41,066 nucleotides of DNA. Origin: a virus (taxonomy: Duplodnaviria > Caudoviricetes). Under the pieces are notes generated by a model. That model saw only the letters and a list, made by a program, of their open reading frames with translations. It ran no database searches and was not told the origin of the DNA. The DNA is taken from IMG/VR virus record IMGVR_UViG_3300014201_000006, positions 1 to 41,066 of that record; one strand, given 5' to 3'. The position numbers and the translations under genes are program-made. Positions within the stretch are counted from its first letter, which is position 1. Each line of letters opens with the position of its first letter. This document shows, piece by piece, positions 26,367 through 34,386 of this stretch.

Positions 26367-26471
26367 ATGGCTAAGAAAATGTGTGAAAAAAAAGGAATGA
26401 AGCATGAGAAAGGTTCTAAGAAGATGGATAAACATGCTGAAATTCCTATGCACAAGAAGAAAAAGAAGTAA
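26367..26471 (+). CDS. very basic microprotein (34 aa)
   Basis: AAGGAG RBS; MAKKMCEKKGMKHEKGSKKMDKHAEIPMHKKKKK. Confidence 0.65.
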   Translation: MAKKMCEKKGMKHEKGSKKMDKHAEIPMHKKKKK

Positions 26472-26522
26472 GGCTAAAAAGCCCAAATGATGATATGATA
26501 TCCTCCTAATTTTGGAGGATAT

Positions 26523-27035
26523 ATGAAAGAATGCAGATGTTGTAAGCAAACGAAAACTGATAATGAGTTTTATAAAAGAGCTAGGAATTTAGACGGGCTA
26601 TACTCGTATTGCAAGGAATGCACTCTTAAGAAAGATTATTACGATAAAAGAGAACATGTTTTAAAAATAGCTGCGGTTTATAGAGACAAAAATAAACAGA
26701 ACATCTCTCGCAGAGAAGCCGAAAGAAGGCTAAAAGACCCTGAGAGGTTTGAAAAGGATAAGTTAAAACACCTCAAGTGGTCACAAAAAAACAGATATAG
26801 GTTAAATGAATGGCAAAGAAATTGGTATCAGAATAATAAAGAAAAAAGACGGGCACATGTTGTGCTCAGTAGAGCAATAGGAAGCGGAAAAATAATGAGA
26901 CCTAATGAATGTTCGGAATGCAAAAAACAATGTAAGCCCGATGGACATCATTTAGATTACAACAAGCCTCTTGAAGTTGTTTGGATTTGTAGAGCATGCC
27001 ATTCAAGAAAGTCTCCAAGGACGGTAATTAGATGA
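26523..27035 (+). CDS. HNH-type homing endonuclease-like protein (paralogue of 13980)
   Basis: CxxC..CxxC and 'CSEC....DGHHLDYNKPLEVVWICRACH'; RBS sits in the hairpin ATATCCTCC/GGAGGATAT. Confidence 0.8.
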   Translation: MKECRCCKQTKTDNEFYKRARNLDGLYSYCKECTLKKDYYDKREHVLKIAAVYRDKNKQNISRREAERRLKDPERFEKDKLKHLKWSQKNRYRLNEWQRNWYQNNKEKRRAHVVLSRAIGSGKIMRPNECSECKKQCKPDGHHLDYNKPLEVVWICRACHSRKSPRTVIR

Positions 27036-28255
27036 ATTTGTTGTCCGATATTCTGACTTACATACGTAGAATAATTAAAAGTCCATCGGATGCAACTATA
27101 ACAGACAACTTGTTGATAGATTATGTCAACCGTTTCTGGTTGGCCGACGTTGATGCTCGTCTTCAGCTTTTCGATCTAAAGACAACCTATCAGTTCCAGA
27201 CTTCCCCAGGTGTTGATCAATATAACATGCCGCTGTATAGCCTACAAACCGAAGGGACTGGCACAGGATCGTCCTCCATTAGCTTCTACCCCGTGTATCA
27301 GGGATTCATGCCCTATTGCCGCATTGGTGGTGTGTCGGTCGGATTCTACACGCAAAGAAGCCAATTCTTTCAATATTGGGACAACTACATCCAACCTTAC
27401 GAGACGGTAGGAATAGGCAACGGTGGCGCAACTTATACACTTCAGATCCCATTTGCTCCGGCCTCACAGACTGCGGTTAATCAGATTCCCTCGGGCATTC
27501 TTAGAGGTCACGTTGATATTACGGGGATTGTCGCAACGAATCAGAACGTAGACCCACCGATTACAGCAGCCGGACCATCATCTAACTTCCAACAAATACC
27601 CGTTACAAGCGCCATTCCTGCGGTTTACTTTACGACAACCGATGCCACGGGCGCTAACGTCATTGTGGCGGACTCAGGTCAGTTCCTAGAGGGGAATGTA
27701 AACTATGGCCTTATGATGAGGCCCGGTCCAGCTCCGTTCGGTAATGTGGCTTTGAATGGTGGTTATTCGACTACATCAAACACTTTCAATTACAACACAG
27801 GGACCGCAACGATTACCTTCACAGATGCGTCGGGCGCAGCATTAAATATTCCACAAGGCCAGCAGATCAATGCTCAGTGCTATTACTTCAATCCGGGCAT
27901 CCCTAGAGCGATTCTATTCTACAACAACGTGCTAACGCTGCGGACCGTACCTGATACTCAATATTTAGTTGAACTTGAGGGTTATCTATCCCCGGCAGCG
28001 TTCTTAACCAGTGGGCAAGCGATACAGTTCGCTTATATGTGCGAGTACATAGCTAGAGGCGCTGCAAGAAAGATTCTATCCGATACGGGCGATACCGAGC
28101 AGTTTAACTTTTATGAACCGCTGTTTAGAGAGCAGGAGATGCTTGTCTGGAAAAGAAGCCAGAGACAGTTCACAAGTACGAGAACACAGACCCTTTATAG
28201 CCAAGGTAATGACCGAGGCACTATGGGCAATAACTACGGAGTGGGGACACCTTAA
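27032..28255 (+). CDS. head-tail adaptor / tail tubular protein A-like
   Basis: Position; 'LSDILTYIRRII...LIDYVN', 'TLRTVPDTQYLVEL', 'EYIARGAARKI'. Confidence 0.7.
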   Translation: MNLLSDILTYIRRIIKSPSDATITDNLLIDYVNRFWLADVDARLQLFDLKTTYQFQTSPGVDQYNMPLYSLQTEGTGTGSSSISFYPVYQGFMPYCRIGGVSVGFYTQRSQFFQYWDNYIQPYETVGIGNGGATYTLQIPFAPASQTAVNQIPSGILRGHVDITGIVATNQNVDPPITAAGPSSNFQQIPVTSAIPAVYFTTTDATGANVIVADSGQFLEGNVNYGLMMRPGPAPFGNVALNGGYSTTSNTFNYNTGTATITFTDASGAALNIPQGQQINAQCYYFNPGIPRAILFYNNVLTLRTVPDTQYLVELEGYLSPAAFLTSGQAIQFAYMCEYIARGAARKILSDTGDTEQFNFYEPLFREQEMLVWKRSQRQFTSTRTQTLYSQGNDRGTMGNNYGVGTP

Positions 28256-28821
28256 TGGGAATATCATACGATCCAACTAAGCCAGCGGCCAATGATAAGC
28301 CATCTAATGATCAAGCTCCGATGCAAACAAACTTCGCGTCCATTAAAACTTTGATTGATGTGGACCATGTGGACTTTAGCAATGGAAACTATGGAATGCA
28401 CCAATGGGTTCAATTGCCAGTTCCCTATGCCGCTGGAACAACTGTTCCAGTTCCAAGATTGTTTACAAATACTGTGGATGGATTGGGAAATGCTTTACCC
28501 GGATCACTAGCTCAATTCTTTGCGTATAATGCAGGTGTTGCAGGCCAAAGTTCATCTAATTATATCTCTAAAGCCCAAGGCAGCGTACTGTTGTTTGGGG
28601 GTATTATACTTAAGTGGGGAACGTCTGCGGCTGCAACAGATGCAAGCACACAGAACTTCGTTAATGCTTTTCCAAACAATTGCTTCAATGTGCAGGTTAC
28701 AATAAATAAATCGAGCACATTGGCAACAGTTGGAACTAATGGATTTACCACTACAGGATTTACATTCAGAACTTCCGCCTCTGGCGGCGTACCCATCACC
28801 TATATCGCTATAGGCAACTAA
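28255..28821 (+). CDS. tail protein with gp53-like C-terminal domain
   Basis: 'GGIILKWG...FVNAFPNNCFNVQVT...YIAIGN'. Confidence 0.7.
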   Translation: MGISYDPTKPAANDKPSNDQAPMQTNFASIKTLIDVDHVDFSNGNYGMHQWVQLPVPYAAGTTVPVPRLFTNTVDGLGNALPGSLAQFFAYNAGVAGQSSSNYISKAQGSVLLFGGIILKWGTSAAATDASTQNFVNAFPNNCFNVQVTINKSSTLATVGTNGFTTTGFTFRTSASGGVPITYIAIGN

Positions 28822-28822
28822 T

Positions 28823-31732
28823 ATGCCAGAGCAAATCTACATTGGTAACTTTCCCAAAGGGCAGTTAACCGATAGACTGCCATTCAATATTGATAACAGT
28901 TCATTCCCGAACCTATTCAACATGTATTGCTGGCGCGGGAGATTAAAGCGCAAGAGGGGCACGCGCCTGCTAGGCCAGATGCAGATTCAAGCAGTTATGT
29001 CGGCATCTCCTACAGCGTGGCAGCTTTTGGGATTTAGTCTGGTTTCAGGAGCAGGCAATCTCATTACAACCTATGGATTCGGGGATACTGCAACCATTGT
29101 GCCGGGATCTGTTTCTTTAGTTGTTAATTCAGATCAAACTTATATAGACGCTAGAGATGGCACTCTCTCAGGTTCAAGCGGTGGAACAGGAACAATAAAC
29201 TACGCTACAGGTGCATTTACAACGTCTGCTGGAGCAAATAATACAGTAACCGGATCGTTCTCATATTTCCCCGGTAATGTATCTGAAGGGCAGCGCGACT
29301 TTATTAATCAATCAGAAAGCCTATTTCCGCTGATGCTGTCATTCGATACGACGAATGCCTATCAAGTCAATCAAACGAGTACGCCTTTCTTCTATAACGT
29401 AACCTTTTATAAAGGATCACAAGTTCCCTTTGAATGGTCGGGGCAAGACTATCAGCAATTCTTTACAACGAACTATCAAGGCGCATTATGGGCGACAAAT
29501 GGAAAGGCAGGCTTTAATTTTCTTTCTGGAACTTATGATAATTCTGGTGGTCATGGCGGAAGCGGATCAATGAATATATGGTTTGTTTTTAAGAACGGAG
29601 TGGCTGATTTTACTACGCTTGTCATTGGAGACAAACTATTCTTTAATGAATGGGCGGCTGGCGGAGTAACACTTAACGGTATTGTAGGAACTGTTAGCGA
29701 TGTAACAAATGCAGCATCGGGAAATTATAAAGTTACTTTTGCTGCAAATCAAACAGTTTCTAGCACTGGCATTGTGCAGCTTCTCACCAACTCAATAGGC
29801 TCTCAAGATGGAATCAAATGGTATGATGGCGATCCTACTAACGGCTCTGGCGTTCCTAATAGTACTGGACTTGGATGGGTAAATTTTGCTCCCCCACTGA
29901 CTGCAGCGACAGTAGCCATTGATGGAAGCTCGACTCAAAAGTGGTATTTAATCGGAGCCGTCGCAATTGCAGCATTCAAGGATAGACTTGTATTCTTTAA
30001 CCCTACAATTGGAACAAGCTCTGGTATGGTGCTGCCGCTTCAAGACACGGCCTTATGGTCATGGAACGGAACGCCTTATTATGCCCTCCCTGTACCATCC
30101 AATCAAACTGCCGATGTTAGGGCTTATTACGTTGACCAGACGGGTTTAGGCGGCTATTTGCCAGCGGGAATCTCTGCGCCTATTGTGACCGTCTCCAACA
30201 ATGAAGACGTATTGCTAGTCGGCTTTGGTGGAGGCAGAGGAAGAAAGGCAAGGTTTGTCTACACTGGTAACGATCTCCAGCCATTCTTATGGTATAGCAT
30301 TAACTCTGAACTGCCCTCAGATTCTACATTCTCGTCTATCACGCTCGATAAAGGTGCGCTTGACATTGGAACGTATGGCATATCAATGACGGATCAGCAA
30401 TCAAGTCAGAGAATTGATCTTGATATACCTGATTCAGTATTTCAGATATCGAGCATTAATAATGGTCTGCAGAGGGTTAATTCTGTACGGGACTTCTTTA
30501 GGGAATGGGTTTACTTTAACTATCCCATCAATAACAGCCAGTGGAAATACCCTACGCAAAGCTTTCTGTTTAACTATCGAGATAACACATGGGCCGTTCT
30601 CTATGAAAACTTTACTAGCCAAGGGACATTCCGATATACGACAGGCGAGACGTGGGCTACCCTTCTATATGATAACTGGGATCAATGGGTTGATCCGTGG
30701 AACTCTGGAACCGCATCGGCTCAATTCCCGAACATAGTAGGCGGCACTCCACAAGGCTATGTGATGATCAAAGGCGAGGGGACGGGCGAAGGTCCATGTT
30801 GCACAATTTACGCGATTGCTACGGCCAATGCAGGGACTGCAACGCAGATTACATCGTATAATCACTGTTTAACTGACGCAAATCCGAATACATATGCGGG
30901 AGACTTCATCTACATTACGGGTGCATTATTGAACTCAAACATTACGGGGATAACCCAAGCAAATCCCTGCGTTATAACAACGAACAATAATTTTACTGTA
31001 GGTGAGACGGTAACAATTAGTAGTGTTCAAGGCATGACACAGCTAAATGGAAACTCTTACATCATCTCAGCGGCGTCGGCAACAAGCATTACGATTAATG
31101 TAGACTCAACAGGATTTAGCGCCTACACAACTGGAGGAATTGTCAATCTAGTTGGTCAATTCAATGGGCTGATAGGTAAAGTAATTCAGGTGGTAGATGC
31201 GAATAACTTCGTTGTGGATATCGCCTTCCCATCGGGAACATATTCGGGGTTGGGAGTATTCGCTAAGCTGTCGCAGCCATTCATGCAAACTAAACAGTTT
31301 AACCCATATTGGGATCAGGGAAGACAGGTCCGTCTTTCAACTCAGAAATATCTCATGGACTATACTTTTAATGCTCAAGTAACAGTGAACGTAAATTTGA
31401 GCCAAGACCCCGATACAGTGTGGAATACGAACCAAAATGACGCGCTAGTATATTCTCAGATCATGTACACTTGCCCAGAGAGCACAAACTTGGGGCTTAC
31501 GCCAGCGAATACGAATCTTCAGATGCCGACGGCACAGAGTCAGTATCAGATCTGGCATAGGTTTAATACAAGCTTGATAGGGGATAGCGTGCAGATAGGA
31601 TTAACTTTGAGCACACAGGAAAGTGCGCCGGGGCTAAGAGATGCTCAGATGTATAATCTTGATTATGCAACGAGTGAAGTCACGCTGCATGGGATAAACC
31701 TCGTAGTAGAGAAAGGACCGCATTTAGCATGA
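28823..31732 (+). CDS. tail nozzle / DNA stabilisation protein (P22 gp10, T7 gp12-like role) with an inserted FCCH-like domain
   Basis: 969 aa, beta-propeller-like; N-terminal 'NMYCWRGRLKRKRG'; position after the adaptor. Confidence 0.7.
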   Translation: MPEQIYIGNFPKGQLTDRLPFNIDNSSFPNLFNMYCWRGRLKRKRGTRLLGQMQIQAVMSASPTAWQLLGFSLVSGAGNLITTYGFGDTATIVPGSVSLVVNSDQTYIDARDGTLSGSSGGTGTINYATGAFTTSAGANNTVTGSFSYFPGNVSEGQRDFINQSESLFPLMLSFDTTNAYQVNQTSTPFFYNVTFYKGSQVPFEWSGQDYQQFFTTNYQGALWATNGKAGFNFLSGTYDNSGGHGGSGSMNIWFVFKNGVADFTTLVIGDKLFFNEWAAGGVTLNGIVGTVSDVTNAASGNYKVTFAANQTVSSTGIVQLLTNSIGSQDGIKWYDGDPTNGSGVPNSTGLGWVNFAPPLTAATVAIDGSSTQKWYLIGAVAIAAFKDRLVFFNPTIGTSSGMVLPLQDTALWSWNGTPYYALPVPSNQTADVRAYYVDQTGLGGYLPAGISAPIVTVSNNEDVLLVGFGGGRGRKARFVYTGNDLQPFLWYSINSELPSDSTFSSITLDKGALDIGTYGISMTDQQSSQRIDLDIPDSVFQISSINNGLQRVNSVRDFFREWVYFNYPINNSQWKYPTQSFLFNYRDNTWAVLYENFTSQGTFRYTTGETWATLLYDNWDQWVDPWNSGTASAQFPNIVGGTPQGYVMIKGEGTGEGPCCTIYAIATANAGTATQITSYNHCLTDANPNTYAGDFIYITGALLNSNITGITQANPCVITTNNNFTVGETVTISSVQGMTQLNGNSYIISAASATSITINVDSTGFSAYTTGGIVNLVGQFNGLIGKVIQVVDANNFVVDIAFPSGTYSGLGVFAKLSQPFMQTKQFNPYWDQGRQVRLSTQKYLMDYTFNAQVTVNVNLSQDPDTVWNTNQNDALVYSQIMYTCPESTNLGLTPANTNLQMPTAQSQYQIWHRFNTSLIGDSVQIGLTLSTQESAPGLRDAQMYNLDYATSEVTLHGINLVVEKGPHLA

Positions 31733-31911
31733 TTGATTTTTTAGAAGTTAGAAAAATCTCACTAACCCCAGAAGAAGCCGAACAAATATCAAGATTAAAT
31801 ATTGGAGATCATTTTACATTTCGCTGTACAGAATATGTTTTAACCGAAATTAAAGATAAAGAACCGGTCTGGGCACTTTTACCTGAGATTAAGAATGACC
31901 ACAACAACTGA
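31729..31911 (+). CDS. hypothetical protein
   Basis: ATGA coupling. Confidence 0.45.
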   Translation: MIDFLEVRKISLTPEEAEQISRLNIGDHFTFRCTEYVLTEIKDKEPVWALLPEIKNDHNN

Positions 31912-32107
31912 ACTCCCCCTATGGACTTCATTTGACATTGCTAATCCTAAGCGAGGCGTAAATCTCATTATTAGGCTTAAAGATGGACGCGAATTAAAAG
32001 GTCAAAGTTGGCACACAGAGCTCATATTTGATGATGTTTTTTCCGATAAAATTGAAGGCGGACATTATGATCTTCAGATTCAGTCTACCCATTGGAAGTA
32101 CGCATGA
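31895..32107 (+). CDS. hypothetical protein
   Basis: Coupled to the next gene. Confidence 0.5.
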   Translation: MTTTTELPLWTSFDIANPKRGVNLIIRLKDGRELKGQSWHTELIFDDVFSDKIEGGHYDLQIQSTHWKYA

Positions 32108-32586
32108 CCACAACAACTAACCTCCAATTCTCACCCTATCTAAAGACCCAGTGGCAGTTTCCTAACGAGGATGTACGCGGTCTAGCTACCCAAATTGACA
32201 TCTCATACATCGACATCTCATCTAAGGTTAACGCCCGAACCATCGGAACATTTGCCACTAACTTTCCTCTAGTAACAGGAGAGCGCTGGTATCTCTCAGG
32301 ATCGTCCACAGGACAACAGACTTTGCGTCAGGTCTATCCTTTTACTGCTGCGGGTAATATAGCGCATGGGTTAAACTTCGCTGCCATAACCACGTTTACG
32401 AGGATCTATGGCGTATTTACAGATGGGAGTATCTATTATCCGCTGCCATATGTTGATGTTGTGGCTGCGAACAATCAGGTCAATGTGGTCGTTAATAGCG
32501 CGAATATTGTCGTGACTGCGGGAGGAGGAACTCCTCCAAGCATAACGAGTGGGTATGTTGTGCTGGAGTGGTTAAGCCAATTCTAA
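32104..32586 (+). CDS. tail accessory structural protein
   Basis: 'LRQVYPF...IAHGL...FTRIYG...YVVLEW'. Confidence 0.65.
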   Translation: MTTTTNLQFSPYLKTQWQFPNEDVRGLATQIDISYIDISSKVNARTIGTFATNFPLVTGERWYLSGSSTGQQTLRQVYPFTAAGNIAHGLNFAAITTFTRIYGVFTDGSIYYPLPYVDVVAANNQVNVVVNSANIVVTAGGGTPPSITSGYVVLEWLSQF

Positions 32587-32595
32587 AGGAGTTTT

Positions 32596-32841
32596 ATGCC
32601 TTGTATCTGTTATGGAGCCATGTCTGGCCAAGATGAATATGACGAATTTCTAAAAAGTGAAGAAGGAAAACAGGTCATGTTTCATATAACATCAGCTGCT
32701 GCTTTAATAAAATCACATCGAATTTCAGAAGAAGCAAAGCATAATATAAACAATATTGAATTTAGGCAGATGTTTGTGAAATGTCTGCTTCACATGCTTG
32801 TTGGGTGCGATGAAAACCAGAGGCCTAAAGCAACTGAGTAA
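32596..32841 (+). CDS. hypothetical protein
   Basis: AAGGAG RBS. Confidence 0.55.
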   Translation: MPCICYGAMSGQDEYDEFLKSEEGKQVMFHITSAAALIKSHRISEEAKHNINNIEFRQMFVKCLLHMLVGCDENQRPKATE

Positions 32842-32901
32842 TGCACAGAAAATCGACATATCCTGAAAACATGCACAAAAAATACGGAAATATCGACATA
32901 T

Positions 32902-32973
32902 CGCTCAATGAAGGAATCGAACCTTCGACACCCAAATTAACAGTTTGATGCTCTACCGCTGAGCTAATTGAGC
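32902..32973 (-). tRNA. trnN: tRNA-Asn(GTT), CCA not encoded
   Basis: GCTCAAT/ATTGAGC acceptor, TAGCTCAGCGGTAGAGC D arm, loop CTGTTAA, GGTTCGATTCC T arm. Confidence 0.93.
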
Positions 32974-32980
32974 AAAAAAA

Positions 32981-33104
32981 GAGCGAGGTCTATCCAGTTG
33001 CCTTTGTCTACAGGTCAGTAACATTTAGGGTTTTTAAGCCCAGTGCGCCTGCACGCTTGAGGGCCAACCTCACGGCTCCCTTCCTGGTTTACCAGACCTC
33101 ACTC
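32981..33104 (-). ncRNA. unassigned multi-stem structured RNA between two tRNAs
   Basis: 11-bp closing stem GAGTGAGGTCT/AGACCTCGCTC, several internal hairpins, followed by T7. Confidence 0.65.
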
Positions 33105-33107
33105 AAA

Positions 33108-33180
33108 TGCCGTCGCTAGGATTCGAACCCAGGACCTTCAAGTTACAAACATGTTGCTCTGCCAACTGAGCTACGACGGC
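33108..33180 (-). tRNA. trnT: tRNA-Thr(TGT) with mismatched anticodon stem
   Basis: GCCGTCG/CGACGGC acceptor, canonical D and T arms, loop TTTGTAA. Confidence 0.88.
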
Positions 33181-33287
33181 TTTCTATTAAGTTAATATTT
33201 GCCAGAAAAAAACACAAATGGCATACATAGAACTGTCCTATGTTGGTCTATTGTAAGTGCCCCCTGAACCGTAAGTAAGGGGGATTT

Positions 33288-33710
33288 TTATTTGTACTCC
33301 TTAAGATACTGCTCATAATCAATATGATTATATAGCATCCATTCTCTTATGTTCCTATAGCCAGTTACTTTTTCGAACAACTTTTCATTTCTAATGAATG
33401 GATATAGATACTGTCTCCTCGTCGCACGTAAAAATCTTAACCCACGTGCTTCCATGCAACGAATTCTTTCTTTGCAAATTCCCACCATTAGCGCTGCCTC
33501 ATGAAGCGTCTTTCTTTTTTCATTAAAAAGCCCAAATCGATGAATGATAGCAAATTTTGCTCCTGGTTCATTTGGTCCAAAACTTTCAATTAGATCCCAA
33601 TCATCTAAGTTCTCAGGAATTTGGAGATCAATAATGTCGATTGTGGGAAGTAATTCTCTATATTTTTCTCGTTGCTGCTCAAGATAATACGGTATTTTCT
33701 TTTCAAGCAT
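33288..33710 (-). CDS. stand-alone sigma70 region-4 HTH protein
   Basis: 'RFGLFNEKRKTLHEAALMVGICKERIRCMEARGLRFLR' aligns with RpoD region 4.2 (TLEEVG..F.VTRERIRQIEAKALRKLR). Confidence 0.8.
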   Translation of the reverse strand: MLEKKIPYYLEQQREKYRELLPTIDIIDLQIPENLDDWDLIESFGPNEPGAKFAIIHRFGLFNEKRKTLHEAALMVGICKERIRCMEARGLRFLRATRRQYLYPFIRNEKLFEKVTGYRNIREWMLYNHIDYEQYLKEYK

Positions 33711-33792
33711 AAGTTTAGAATATAATTATCGACCTCGATTTACCCTACAAGAAAATACTTGCCAGTGCTAATGTGAAAAAAAGAGGTTTGCC

Positions 33793-34377
33793 ATGTCTGT
33801 ACCAGCTCTATCTAGAAACCAAGGCTCTACAGGAAACAAGATCCCAAAAGGCTATTCTTCAGGGCGGCTTCAACAATTTACTCCAGAACAAGTCGATGTT
33901 TTCAAAAATCAGATGTCTTTCGTGTCACCCGGGAGTCAGTTATCTCAAATGGCCCAAGGGAATGACTTAGGCTTTGCGCCCCATGAGGATTACGCTAGAC
34001 GGCAGTTTCAAGAAGCCACAAGCGGATTAGCTTCACAGTTCAGCGGTCTTGGTATGGGAGCTAGGCGTGGTAGCGGATTCCAGAATCAGGCTACACAAGG
34101 GGCTCAGGACTTCGCTAGTATGTTAGCTAGGCAGCGTCAGGGACTACAAAGACAGGCTTTAGGAGATTTGATGGGCCTGAGCAATTCAATTCTTGGTCAA
34201 AGACCTTATGAACAATTCCTTACTAAACAAGAACAGCCATTCTGGAAACAGCTATTGCTAGGAGCGACAAGTGGAGTATCTAATGCGGCTGGTTCGTTGT
34301 TTGGGGGTCTAATGCCTTGGAATAAACAACAGCAGCCACAACAGCAATCGGGCGGATTTCAGCCTGCCAGTTATTAG
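33793..34377 (+). CDS. DNA ejection/pilot protein
   Basis: Gln/Gly/Ala-rich, hydrophobic Gly-rich C-terminus; position after the nozzle. Confidence 0.65.
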   Translation: MSVPALSRNQGSTGNKIPKGYSSGRLQQFTPEQVDVFKNQMSFVSPGSQLSQMAQGNDLGFAPHEDYARRQFQEATSGLASQFSGLGMGARRGSGFQNQATQGAQDFASMLARQRQGLQRQALGDLMGLSNSILGQRPYEQFLTKQEQPFWKQLLLGATSGVSNAAGSLFGGLMPWNKQQQPQQQSGGFQPASY

Positions 34378-34386
34378 GAGATTAAT

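Noticed and set aside
32841-32902. Short repeats ATGCACA.AAAAT and ATCGACATATC next to the tRNA-Asn 3' end as an att site or mini-array
   Set aside because: Only two irregular copies and no integrase; likely a low-complexity remnant
32981-33104. Assignment of the inter-tRNA RNA to SRP RNA or RNase P
   Set aside because: Only superficial GGAAGG-like similarity; the conserved SRP domain IV and RNase P CR-I/CR-V motifs are not present
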